Positions 37,438 to 49,034 are shown, numbered from the stretch's first letter. The stretch is DNA of 64,000 bases from Octopus sinensis (GCF_006345805.1 NC_043015.1:19902001-19966000); one strand, 5' to 3'. Program-made: numbers and translations. The notes: generated by a model from the letters alone, not told the origin.

Positions 37438-37973
37438 CAAGGGTCACCAAACTATTTTCACGGAGAACAGATAACTAAGAGAATGATGAGCATGGGCCAC
37501 ATAACCATTTTGTTCAGCACAATACAGTGAATACACAAAAAATAAAGACAACCAACATATTTATCAAAAGGTTATCAAAGAAGGCGATGGATGTTAGCAA
37601 TAAGATAGTTATATCACATCCAGTGCACACATATCCGAATCTCACAAACTAAGCAGCAAAAAAGGTTTGTGAGGTTTGTGAAACTGGTGTTTAGCTTTTA
37701 AGATATCATCAATATTTGCTTTGGAATTGTTGCATCCAACCAAGAGAATTGCTTTCAAATATTCAGCCAACCTCGTTTGATGTGCTGATTTCACAGTCTT
37801 CATTATTCAAAATGTTTGCTCACAGATGTAAGTTGTTCCAAACACTGATGCTATACCAGAGGTAAATGAACTCTCATTGCAGATACTTACAAAATCGGTA
37901 GAGGGGTGACAAGCCAGATGAACTGACCTCATATGCTGGATCCAGCCCGTGGGCCATAGTTTTCTGACCCTTG
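37438..37973 (-). mobile_element. Internally deleted hAT (Charlie-like) element
   Basis: 16-bp TIRs (14/16), TSD GGCTAGAG/AGCTAGAG; minus-strand remnant ASVFGTTYICEQTF*IMKTVKSAHQTRL of the hAT dimerisation domain. Confidence 0.9.
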
Positions 37974-39224
37974 AGCTAGAGGAAGGTAGAAAGCTCTTAT
38001 CAGACCAGAGGCCAGGCTGAAATACAACAAAATAGACTCTGCTAAAAGCTGAGTCTATTCTGAGAGCTAGGCAATGGTATTAAACCAGGTGATGGTTAAA
38101 CATCTACAGCCAAAACATTTCATTCTCAATTTCCAGCAGCTATTTTAAATTTTCAATCAATTTACGTTAATTCAATTTATTATGTTGAAACTGAAGATAG
38201 CAGCTTTATTTATACATCAAAATTTCACTGCACAATCCCTGTATAGTTTTTAAATCATGTATACTTTTGAGTTCTCCAAATCATCTGTACAGAGGGGACA
38301 GTTTATATTTCAAACGAATATGTACACAGATTTATATCTATATATTCAATAAACATGTATTTTGTCTTCTTGTGAAATTAGGCTTCAAAGTTAAGCCACA
38401 GGATTTTTCGCAGCCTGACATGAGGCTCAAACTGACTAGTTGAGTATTTAAAATTAATTAGGAATTATTTCTGGCATAATTTAATTGCTTGTTATCATAT
38501 CAAATGAAAATTATTATTTTTATAATCACATTGACTCCTGTTCCTCACACCCAACACGTTTGTGGAAATTCCTGAACAAGTTATCTCCCCTGTACCTACC
38601 ATTTTTTCCAATTCAATACCCCAGGCATTTTCAAGACACAAATATGCAGAGGAATATGGATATAAACAATTAAATCTATTCTTGTATATAACAGATAAAG
38701 AGCCCTTTGTGTGGTTGCTCGGCCTACAGGAAAGAGCAAGCAACCTTTCCTAAAATTATGTCATATCGATATAGAAAAAGAAATTATGTAACGTCTTGTG
38801 CCTTAAGATGAGATAATGATAGCTTGAACACTTTTGATCACAGGTAAGCTTGTTAAAGGCTGACTTGGGACTGAACAACAACAGGTAATTGAGTCCCTCA
38901 GCCAAAATGCTACCATTTTTGCTTATTAACTGTCTCAAACCATCTTGAATAAATGAAGACTTTAGATAATGTAATACTAGATATGTTATTTGATAAGAGA
39001 TGGGACAGTTTACAGCTGGAAAAGTTTGCTCAAAGGTTTACTAGATGAGAGCCTGTTAATAACGACAAGGCAGTTATTATTTCTGTGACTACTGAAGAGA
39101 AGGATCGTTAATGCATCTAACCAAATGCTTCGCAGCACTTCTTCTGACCCTATAGGTTCCAAGTTCAAACCGCTCTACTTTTAATAGTCTAAAAAGTGAA
39201 GTCATTGAACTGAATTGGTTTACT

Positions 39225-39309
39225 GGCGAAGGTGAAGAATACGCACACTCGGGGTTTAGGGTTAGGGTTACGCTGAAAACAGGTGGTGTGCGTATTCTTT
39301 ACCTCTGCC
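39225..39309. repeat. 24-bp inverted repeat enclosing TTAGGG repeats
   Basis: GGCGAAGGTGAAGAATACGCACAC vs GGCAGAGGTAAAGAATACGCACAC (21/24); spacer contains GGTTTAGGGTTAGGGTTA. Confidence 0.75.
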
Positions 39310-39315
39310 GGTTTA

Positions 39316-40026
39316 CCTACAAGAGTGCACCGACCCCGCGCCCCGACTTCGTTTCCTTATAACTTCCAGAAAAAAATGGATATTTTTTATGAAATTTTCC
39401 ACAAACACGCTTTAGATGGTTCAGATTACTATTATTATCAGGATTTGTTAAGAAAATATTTTCCGAGCATGGAGATGAGAGGAGTTTCGGAAAATTCACG
39501 AGTCCGTTTTGTTTCCTAACTTGCAGGGAAAAATGAGTAATTTTTAAATGAAATTTTATACAATTATCATTCAAATGGTGTAGATTACGATCAATCGGAA
39601 TTACATCGGAGTGGGGGTTGGCTCGCACACAAATGCAGACATCACATATTCCTACAAAATGAAACTTGAAATTTCGAAAAAAATTGTGACTTGTGAAGTA
39701 TACGTATGTATCCAACAATTTTATTTTTCACATTAAATCCCGATACAATCGTAATGTGCATCATATAAACAGCATTTATAGAAAATTTCATTAAAACTTG
39801 CGATTTTTATTTCTTTTTTAAGTTATGAGGAACAGAAACCGATTTGTGTGAATTTTCAGAAACTCCTCTCCCCACCCTAGGGAGGAAAAAATCTTTTTAC
39901 AACAAATTCCGATACAATCGGAATCTGCACCATGAAAAGCGAACTTGTAGAAAATTTCATTAAAAAATATCAAATTTTGTGGAAGTTATGAGAAAACAAA
40001 GTCGGTGGAGGTACACGTGTTGTAGG
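39316..40026. mobile_element. TA-flanked 711-bp non-autonomous DNA element with long imperfect TIRs
   Basis: CCTACAA termini, TA both sides, ~90-bp subterminal IRs, internal repeats CCGATACAATCG and GAAAATTTCATTAAAA. Confidence 0.8.
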
Positions 40027-40344
40027 TATGTCGCTGAATTGGGACTAAAGTGATGTAATTGTTTTTGTTTCGATGCAATGGCATTCTTTCGATATAACTC
40101 GACAAAATCAAAACATTTCACTTCGGGTATATCCGTGGGTTGTGGAGTATAGATCGCAACGTGTACGCTTTTCTCCAAGGAAATTAAGAAGGTTAATATA
40201 GCAATGCATATATGTAGTAAATATATTAAGTATATCGACCTACACACTTGCCTCTGGCAGTGTTTCATAACTGTACCAAGCAACAACAACAGACATTCTT
40301 GGCAACTTTGCTGCTGCTAAAGAAATAATGTCCAACAATAATTC

Positions 40345-40540
40345 TTTCTACCATAGGTACAGGGCCTGAAACTTACGGTCGATTACAGTGACCCCCAGAG
40401 TTCAACTGGTACTTATTTAACTGACTCCGAAAGGATGAAAGGCAAAGTCGACCTCAGCGGAATCTCAACGCAGAACGTTGAAGACGAACAAAATGCCATT
40501 TAGCATTTTTTGTCCGGTGTGCGAAGAGTTCGGCCAGCTT
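40345..40540 (-). mobile_element. Nin/Deu-like SINE
   Basis: GAAAGGATGAAAGGCAAAGTCGACCTCAGCGGAA. Confidence 0.75.
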
Positions 40541-40820
40541 TAAATAATAACAATAATAAAAGTGAACGTAGTAATTATTGTTCGTTCTCTGACGAAGGAC
40601 ACAGCACTAAATGTTAGTTTAATTATGTAGTTAGGTGATAAGAAACTACTTATAAAAGTACAGAAGACATCGGGAACAGCCAAGGATGAGAAACGCACCC
40701 AAGTCACTTGACGCATTTAAAAGTTAACTTTTAAAATATGTCATAGATCAGCAAAGAAATAAGTTCAAAGAAGAAACCCTTTAGTCTAATCTAATAATGA
40801 AAAAAGTTAACATTGCAAAC

Positions 40821-41066
40821 CTTTTTATGTTGATTATCGATCCGCCGTTTGCCTCCCCCCTCCAAAGCTTTCGCCCGGGTATTTTCAATTCTTTTCTTCA
40901 CATTAATAGTTTGCATTGCCGTTGAAGACGCATCTGCATAATTTCTACCGGGTATTCTCAGTAAATTAGAAGTTACACCTATGTGTTTATTAACAGCCCG
41001 TGTCCTTGACCACATGGCTGTCAGATCCAAACCACTCAGCAATAACTTTGCCATAGAAGACGACAT
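40821..41066 (-). CDS. PCCB: Propionyl-CoA carboxylase beta, exon 1 (transit-peptide-like N-terminus + ALEGGGKRRIDNQHKK)
   Basis: ATG at 41066; 246 nt = 82 codons; ends AAG|GTTTGC (phase 0). C-terminal part matches PCCB ALLGGG.RRID.QHK. N-terminus is Arg/Ser/Leu-rich and acid-poor. Confidence 0.93.
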
Positions 41067-41579
41067 GTTCCTCAATAACGAGTAGCGTGTTGTGCTTTGA
41101 TAGTCATTCAGAGCTTAATATTATCTGTTGATTAAAAAAAAAGTATTAGCATTTCTAAAACATAAGAATAATCACTACAATATATTCAAAAATTATTTTT
41201 TAATATTTTAAACATATTTTCTACAAACATATCTCTCTCTTTTTTATATTTCATAAATATCTGATGATTGTTTTCGTATAAGTTAATTACATTGACCAGC
41301 AATATTCATTGCGAGCCACTGGTTAAGCGGAGTAGTTTGTTCGTTTATATATAAGCACACGTACATATAAGATTTCTAAAACGTAATAAACAATCGTCAT
41401 AACATAATCAAAAATTATTTTTCCATATTTTAAAATGGTTTCTTGTCTTATTACGTTTTTTTATATCTATATATAAATATCTAATGATTGTCTTATCATA
41501 AGTTAATTACATTGGACAGTAATATTCAGTGCGGACCATTGATTCAGCTAGGTTAGGGTGTTCGTTCACAAAAAGCTTT
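41067..41579. promoter_or_regulatory. Shared bidirectional promoter / 5' UTR region of PCCB and ALG9
   Basis: 513 bp between divergent start codons; contains a ~220-bp-period diverged duplication. TSSs cannot be determined from sequence. Confidence 0.8.
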
Positions 41580-41665
41580 ATGGGTGCCACAAATAGACGA
41601 AGAGGCGGCGACCAACGGAAACGTGTTGTCGAGGCTACACCTAACGTACGACAAAATAACATCAA
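41580..41665 (+). CDS. ALG9: ALG9 alpha-1,2-mannosyltransferase, exon 1 (MGATNRRRGGDQRKRVVEATPNVRQNNI-K)
   Basis: ATG at 41580; AA|gtaagc donor; phase 2 matches the exon 2 acceptor. Basic cytosolic N-terminus with low conservation, so assignment rests on phase and position. Confidence 0.8.
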
Positions 41666-41834
41666 GTAAGCATAAAATGCATTATATACCATTCTTATAT
41701 TATCAAGCACCGTCAAAAAAGAAAGGACATTTCTTTTGCCAAAACAACAATTTTTCAAAGATAATCATAATTTATTTCTCTTGATCGTCTGCTACATACA
41801 TATATACATGTTGCAGTTATACACACATCATGCT

Positions 41835-41837
<3 letters not shown>

Positions 41838-41905
<68 letters not shown>

Positions 41906-41910
41906 TATAA
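41838..41910. repeat. (TA)n microsatellite in ALG9 intron 1
   Basis: Read directly from sequence. Confidence 0.95.
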
Positions 41911-42169
41911 TTAATAAGATCAGGGTAAGAAAAATTTTAGAAATTGTTACTACCAGTAGCCTAAAGAAAGATATATATATATAGGCCACTGGCAGTAAAA
42001 ATACATTATTATGTATTATATATACATACATACATACACAATGCTGGCTTAAGGTATGAGCATACTTGTCAGTTAACGCGAGGGCCTCGCGGGTCTATGG
42101 ACCTAATTATGATCGACGTATATAAATAAATACTATAGGGTCCACAGCATTGATTTGCCCGAAATGTAC

Positions 42170-42435
42170 GTGTGTGTGTGTGTTTTACTTGTTTCTTGCG
42201 GCTATTCAGTCTAGTCGACTCCAGTACTTATTCTGTCGGTCCCGTTTGCCGAATCGCTAAGTTGCAGGAACGTAAACAAACCAACACCGGTTGTGAAGCG
42301 CTGGTGGGGAACAAACACGAAGACGCATACGCGCGCTCGCGCATATCCGTGATAAGCTTCTTTCAGTTTCTGTCTACCAAATCCACTCACAAGGCTTTGG
42401 TCGACCCGGGGCTATAGTAGAAGACGTTTGCCCAT
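42170..42435 (-). mobile_element. CORE-like SINE, CpG-rich copy
   Basis: TTCAGTTTCTGTCTACCAAATCCACTCACAAGGCTTTGGTCGACCCGGGGCTATAGTAGAAGAC. Confidence 0.8.
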
Positions 42436-44020
42436 GGATGGGAATTAAGCTCCTTATCATACAGTCACATCTACGCCTTGTCTTCTAGTGAACCTCATGT
42501 TACGCGCCTTACGGTTATTTCAAATGTGTTCATCGTAGGCATTTAACAAGAAATTACCAATAAATCGATAATTATCTGATGTCAAGAACAAAAGTTCATG
42601 TGACTAACATTATTATGTATTACATGCTGTCAAGAATTTAAGATCACCCTTCCGAAAGCGAATTCAAAACTCGTCATGAGCTTACAGTAAGGAATGTGCA
42701 CGAAGTCGCTAACCTCGGCCTACTGGAAATACCAGTCAAATCATGCCCTAAATTATTTAAAAGAAGGACATTTTGAATAATGTAATTCGAGATCTGCTAT
42801 GTCTTAAAAGAAAAAAAAATCAGGTCAAACTGAAACATCTTTGACCCTCGGTGTCCTGGATCGAGATTCACCTGGATCACAACCTGTTGTGCTCGACGTT
42901 GCCGTTTATTCTTCATAAAGCGACGTCCTTGAATAAGTACCTGTTATATACTGTGCCATTTATACTCATTCCCTGAAAAATATAACAAACATTAGACATA
43001 CCCACCAGTGGACGAAAGGCTTGTTTGTTTACTTTGAGCGTTAGAAAGGGGTTGAGATAAATGTTGTTCAATAGAGGAGGGGTCAGTGACTAAGTCGCAG
43101 GGGTACAATGAGAAAGGTTTTCATAAGTAAATAATGAAAAAAATTAAAAGATGTTAATACTAAATCTTTGCATTTTGTTGTTTAGTTGCAGGTTAGGTCG
43201 AGCCCTGATCTGCAACCATGATGATCCAGTCTGTTTTTATATATTTTAACAAGCTGGTATATTAAGGACTTCATCATGCAGAGAATTAATCAGTAGTTTT
43301 TGCTGCAACGGTGATTTATCAGAAATTTGGCTGTTATATCTAGCAAGTCGATCGATCGATTTGTGCAGTCATGGACTTGCCCAATAGCACACCTGAACGA
43401 AAAGTTACCTTGAATGTTTTCTAGTAGTGCGGCCCGGTTAATGATGAGGCATTTCGCATGCGGCCTGCTTCCCGGTAAAGTTTGCCCACACCTGGATTAG
43501 AGTCTTTCTCCTAGTTTATTAGCCTAGGTCAGCTCCGATCGTGCAAACCTATATCCAAAGGCGATCCAGCTGTGACCTTCACTCCTTTTATATATGTTCA
43601 AACCTAGTGTGTGTAAGACTTTAATATTCAACGTGTCATAAAAGCAACAGTAAGTTGCTGTCGGCATATCTACAGCAGCCGCGCAGAATCATTCTTCGTT
43701 TAATTATTGTTAAAGGTGACTCTTCCAAACACTCAGAGCCAGATTAAATTTTTCTAAACCTCTAAACTACAATTGCTGTGAAGCCCTTGATGATTATTGT
43801 CAGTAACTTTTCATTTAAACTCTGGAAGCGCTAAATATTTTATTAGTGTTTTTTTTATGGTCCTTTAATTTTTTCAGGCATAACGCATCTAGAACTACAT
43901 TTGTTAAATGTGTCCTTCCTTTCCATAAACCAGTAGAATGTTATTTTAATGAAATATAGTTAATATTATTTGAACCTGGGTAAAAATGAAATTCTTGGCG
44001 GTAATAAGGACTCATTAGAC

Positions 44021-44218
44021 CAGTGGTTTTCAACCAGGGTTCCGCCAGTAGAGTCCAGGGGTTCCGCAAGATGTTACAAAAACTGCTAAAATCGGCTGTA
44101 ATTTTTAATTCTCCTGTGCAGATATGTGTGCATAAGACAAATTATTGCACAGGTGTTCCTCGAGCCAGTGTAATGTTTCCTTGGGGTTCCGCTCCAGCAA
44201 AAAGTTTGAAAAGCACTG
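44021..44218. mobile_element. hAT MITE with perfect 8-bp TSD
   Basis: TIRs CAGTGGTTTTCAA / CAGTGCTTTTCAA (12/13); TSD CATTAGAC at 44013-44020 and 44219-44226. Confidence 0.93.
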
Positions 44219-44984
44219 CATTAGACGTAAGTAAAATTATATAAAAAGAAAAAAAGTGGGATCCCTGTTAAGACAATTTTTTTTCTTCTGTCAATACCGC
44301 ATCTGTCCAATGTAATGGACTTCTAAATAGATTCAGTAAAATAGATTCAATAAACCTTTTGAATTCAAAGAATCTATGATTTCCTTCCTTTCAAATCAAA
44401 GGGGTAACGTCGGCGTAAATAAGTATAATAATAATAATGAAATTATTGTATACAGTGCTCAGGTGCACCACAATATTTTGAGGTAATATGTTAAAAAGCT
44501 CCCCGGCCCCTGATTTAGACGGGTTTCACCCTGCTTCCTTCAGCTGTATAGGTTTTGTAACAAATTCTTAAGGTATTCATTAAGTCACCTTCTGTTTTGT
44601 TTTTTGTGTATTGAATATTGAAGTAATACAATATCGATTAAACACCAAATTCTTGTCTCCAGTACTTAACTGGTACTTTGTTTTATCAAAACCGGAAGGA
44701 TACATTCATAGTCTCCCCACCACCCCCATCAAGCAGGATTTAAACTTAAATGATAAGGTCCATAACTAAATACCACAGGTCATTTTGCTCAGTGCTCCAC
44801 TGGTTCTGCCTCTCACCACTCTCTTTATTGATGGGATTATTAAGCAGACGAATGAACACGTGTATAAAACAAATATAAATCTGCTCATTAAGACAGTAAA
44901 GATCGAATGGTTATCTGCCCCTGGTTTATTAATAACCCATTTCGGTTTTTATATTCCAAATGCTTTGATTTTTTTAAAAACAGT

Positions 44985-45290
44985 AATTGGTTGTGTGGTA
45001 AGAAATTCGTTTCCCAAACATACGGTTCCAGGATCAATCCCAATTCCTGACGCCTTAGGAAAGTGTCCTACCACAACTCTGAGCTGGCCAAAGTCTTGTT
45101 AGTGAATGTGGTAGATGGAAACTGAAAGAAGCCTGTGGTGTATATATGTGTGTGTTTGCCCCCCACTACCGTTTGACAACCGATTTTGGTTTGTTTAAGT
45201 CCCTATAAGCGTTTCAGTGTTAGGGCCAATTCTTTCGACTAACAAACCCCTTCAAGATGGTCGCAGTCCAGTGAGTGAAACAAGTAAAAG
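44985..45290 (+). mobile_element. CORE-like SINE (decayed)
   Basis: GGTTGTGTGGTAAGAAATTCG head; GAAACAAGTAAAAG tail. Confidence 0.75.
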
Positions 45291-45668
45291 ATCAAATGTC
45301 CACAGAATGCAACAAAAAAGAATAAGAAATGATAAAAAAAAAGTAAATGAAATGAGAAATAAAAAGAAACACAAAGTTCCCTTAATAACTTGATTTTTGT
45401 CCTTGGGTAACAATTGTTGTTTCCTATTTGCTTACCCCTAGAAAGTATGAAAAATGGCTAATATTTCCTTCAAACATAGCTTTTGTTACATTTATTCAAA
45501 CCTCAAAGAATCCCTCTCAGAGTTTGGCTTTGATGCTCTTCCACTACTCCTGCTCAGAGATGCACGTATTGTCAGCCATTAAGGGACATACGCAAGTGAT
45601 TAAAATGAAGCAACTGACAAGTAAATCTGTGGTATTGAGCAGAATATTTACTATAATGGTATTTCTGT

Positions 45669-46046
45669 GAGCTGGCAGAATCGTTAGCCTGCCGGGCAAA
45701 ATGCTTAGCGGTATTTTGTCTGCCGTTACGTTCTGAGTTCAAATTCCGCCGAGATCGACTTTGCCTTTCATCCTTTCGGGGTCAATAAATTAAGTACCAG
45801 TTACGCACTGGGGTTGATGTAATCAACTTAATCCATTTGTCTGTCCTTGTTTGTCCCCTCTGTGTTTAGCCCTTTGTGGGTAGTAAAGAAATAGGTATTT
45901 CGTCTGCCGCTACGTTCTCAGTTCAAATTCCGCCAAGGTCAACTTTGCCTTTCATCCTTTCGGGTTCGATTAAATAAGTACCAGTTATGGGTCGATGTAA
46001 TCAACTTAATCCCTTTGTCTGTCCTTGTTTGTCCCCTCTATGTTTA
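45669..46046 (+). mobile_element. Nin/Deu-like SINE with head-less tandem duplication (184-bp period)
   Basis: GGTATTT at 45710 and 45894 begin two colinear units. Confidence 0.85.
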
Positions 46047-47239
46047 ATACACCCCCACCCCACCCCTGGGCAATTAAGAAATAGATATTTCTGCTTCAGC
46101 AACACAGCATTGAATCTGTCTGAAATGTAATGGAAAATAAATCAGTTTCAAAATATTGATGTCCAGGTGACAAAAGCAAAGTTTGAAGGGAATGGTAGTC
46201 ATTTCCTTTGATATCTAGATAGAAGCAAATAGGAAATAACACTTACTAACCAGAGACAAAAGAAAAAACAATTGTTACACAGTGTGACACAGCTTTAAGG
46301 GATATTCAGACAACCTACAAAATATTATTGATGTAACTCAAAGCATTTTCATTAATATCACAGGTGATCATCTTAAAGCTGGGGTACTGGTACAGCCTAG
46401 TGTCCTCATAAGATGGTGCTTATGAACCTCACAGCCTCACAAGCACCACAGATAAGATATTATGGTATAGTGAGTCCGCGATGGTTGTATACCTTTGCTG
46501 TGAACATAATACAGTTTCAGTGATAGATTACTAACTGATAATTTGACATATGATTATCCAGTACCCTACCAACTTGGCTGTCTTTGCTCTCCATAAACTA
46601 GACTGCAGCATGACATATCTGAGATGTTGAAACTGTACGTTGCTCTCAAGAATGTAGCCCAACCATGGCCAACCTTTCTCAAGAAACAAGTGCCCTATTA
46701 AAAAAGTTCAAGTAATTTTTCATTTAGACATGCCCTTCAGAAAGGGCCGCAGGTTGCCCATGACTGAGTCAGTACTCGTAACACCTTGCACAACTGATCC
46801 CATAACAAGAAAACATTAAATCTTACATGTGGTCATTTGACCTGCTAGAAATAGAAGTCAAATCTCCCTCATATTACATTCACCATTATGTGTTAAATCT
46901 AGATAATGTAGTCCTAGATACATTATTCCTGGAGAAAGATGGCATGGTCCTCGCTTGATCAGATCTTACCCAGGGCTAAACAGCCATAACAACTTTGTCT
47001 TGAAATGATAAAAGGTTTTCCAAATGTAATTGGGTTTACATTTTTTTTTTTTATTATTTTCTGTTTGTCTTTTAATTCCTTTATTTTGTTTTATCTCACT
47101 AGGGTCATTATGCCAATAACAAACACACACACAATGACCCTTGCTGAAATACAACAAAATAAGTTTCATCACCCCAATTCACATCAAGAATCTTGCAAAC
47201 CAAGTATCCATCCATCTGTGTATCTTCTCTGCCCACTAT

Positions 47240-47535
47240 ACCTGGGTGAATTGTTGGGTAGAGTCCTCAGACACCTCCTCCATGGGGTTCCAGTCAGAAA
47301 CAACCATCATTACAATTTCCAAGCTGGATTCCCAAGCATGACCAACTGACACTATGGATATTATCAAACCACCTTGCTCTTGGTCTACCCTTAGGTCTCC
47401 TGCCAGTTCACTTGGCTTAAAGAATCTATCTTGCAGTCCTTTTCTGAACCATTCTAACCACACGACCATAGTAACCGAGCTGTGACCCCTTAATGTGGAG
47501 AAATAGTGGCTTGACCTGAGGAAACTCCTGGATCT
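47240..47535 (-). pseudogene. Rex3/Expander-like RTE C-terminal remnant
   Basis: PLFLHIKGSQLGYYGRVVRM...TGRRPKGRPRARWFDNIHSVSWSCLGI. Confidence 0.7.
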
Positions 47536-47572
47536 CCACACTAAAATGAAATAATTTCTTAATTCTTTTCAG

Positions 47573-47720
47573 AAATAATGATGTGGTCAGTATTCCACAA
47601 GATGAGCCCTGGACTCCAGGAAGCTATGCTGCTTTCAAAATACTGATGTCTGCACGCTTATGTGCTGCCCTGTGGACTGGAATTTCTGATTGTGATGAGA
47701 CATACAATTACTGGGAACCT
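47573..47720 (+). CDS. ALG9: ALG9 exon 2 (..PWTPGSYAAFKILMSARLCAALWTGISDCDETYNYWEP)
   Basis: ttttcag|A ... CCT|gtaagt; 148 nt; ISDCDET.NYWEP catalytic motif of ALG9 (GT22). Confidence 0.97.
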
Positions 47721-48120
47721 GTAAGTATGAATTATCTTTTCCTAACTGTTTCTTCAATTTCTTTTTCACCTTTTTGTACCTTGAAAATACTTGCTAATAC
47801 TCTATCTCCACCATCCTTTCTCCCTTTTCTGCTTGGGTAGTCATGTATCTCCTCTACAGCAAGACTCCTTTTCTTGTTCCTCTATCATACTTTAGCCTGT
47901 AAACACAACGCCACCTCTCTCAATACTGTACCCCACTCTGTTGAGGGACATCTTGTCATGCAGGTTGTTTGGCAACTTTACCAGGGTCAGTGCCATACAA
48001 AAATGTACTCGATATGTTTTCTGAAGTGGCTGGCATTAGGAATATCTCACCATAAAGACCATGCCAAAGCAGACATTGGAACTCAACACAGTTCTCTTCC
48101 TCATATATATATATATATAT

Positions 48121-48497
48121 GGTATTTTTATATAAGCTTAAAGCTTATGCAAGGACTAAGGAAAATCGTCTAATAAAGGGGCATATAAGCCCTCGACAAA
48201 AAAAGGTTTCCTATCCACGTGCGACTTGAACCCACATCCCTTTGTTAACACAACAGAAACGGGGAGGCTAATTCACTGGTATAAAGGTAACACACTTAGC
48301 TGCGTTAACAAAGGGATGTGGGTTCGAGTCCCATATAGATAGGAAAGCCTTCTTTTTTCTGTTGAGGGCTTATATGCCCCTTTATTAGACTATTTTCTTT
48401 AGTCACCATAAGCTTTAAGCTTATATAAAAATACCATTATTACTATTTACAGGATTGTAAAAACGGTGCCTTATAAAAAACCATTTGCACCGAAAGC
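48121..48497 (+). mobile_element. Second tRNA-headed fold-back element, flanked by (TA)n
   Basis: Arms 48121-48249 and 48304-48435; head from 48261 with TAATTCACTGGTA and GGGTTCGAGTCCC; 62-nt extension with CGGTGC/GCACCG hairpin. Confidence 0.8.
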
Positions 48498-49034
48498 ATA
48501 TATATATATATTAAACATACATTGTGTCTGTGGCCAGTAACTTTGTGGCACCTCGTCATAACCATCTTTGTCTCTCTTTCAACTACTCTCACTGCCGTTT
48601 GCTTAATCTGGGGAAGCCATGTATCTTCCCCAATATTAAGACACCCATGCTTACCCCTCTCTTTTACTTTCGCTTCCAGCACCTCACTTAAAGCCACCAC
48701 CCTCACTCAAACACACTCCTACTCAGTTGAGAGCAAGCTGCTTGGTGACCTCACTTGTGCTTGTGTAACAAAAAAAAAGGCACCCAGTACACACTGTAAA
48801 GTGATTGGCATTAAGAAGGGTTTCCAGCCATGGAAACCATGCAAATGCTGATATTGAGGCCTGGTGCAGCTCTCTGACCTTCTCAAACCCTCTCGATATG
48901 TTCAATGCATTCCAGCATGGAAAACAGACATTGCATGATGGTGGTGGTGGTGGTGGTACCACCACCACTGCCATTCAGATCTACCCATTCTTCAGTTTAT
49001 CTCTTATTTTCTTTTTATTTTCCTTTCTTTTCAG

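Noticed and set aside
39251-39270. Telomere or chromosome-fusion scar
   Set aside because: Only about three TTAGGG units, enclosed in a small inverted repeat.
48168-48200. Hammerhead in the arms of the 48121 element (CTAATAA-AGGGGC-ATATAA-GCCCT-CGACA)
   Set aside because: Both catalytic boxes deviate in both arms, and the motif is antisense to the tRNA head.
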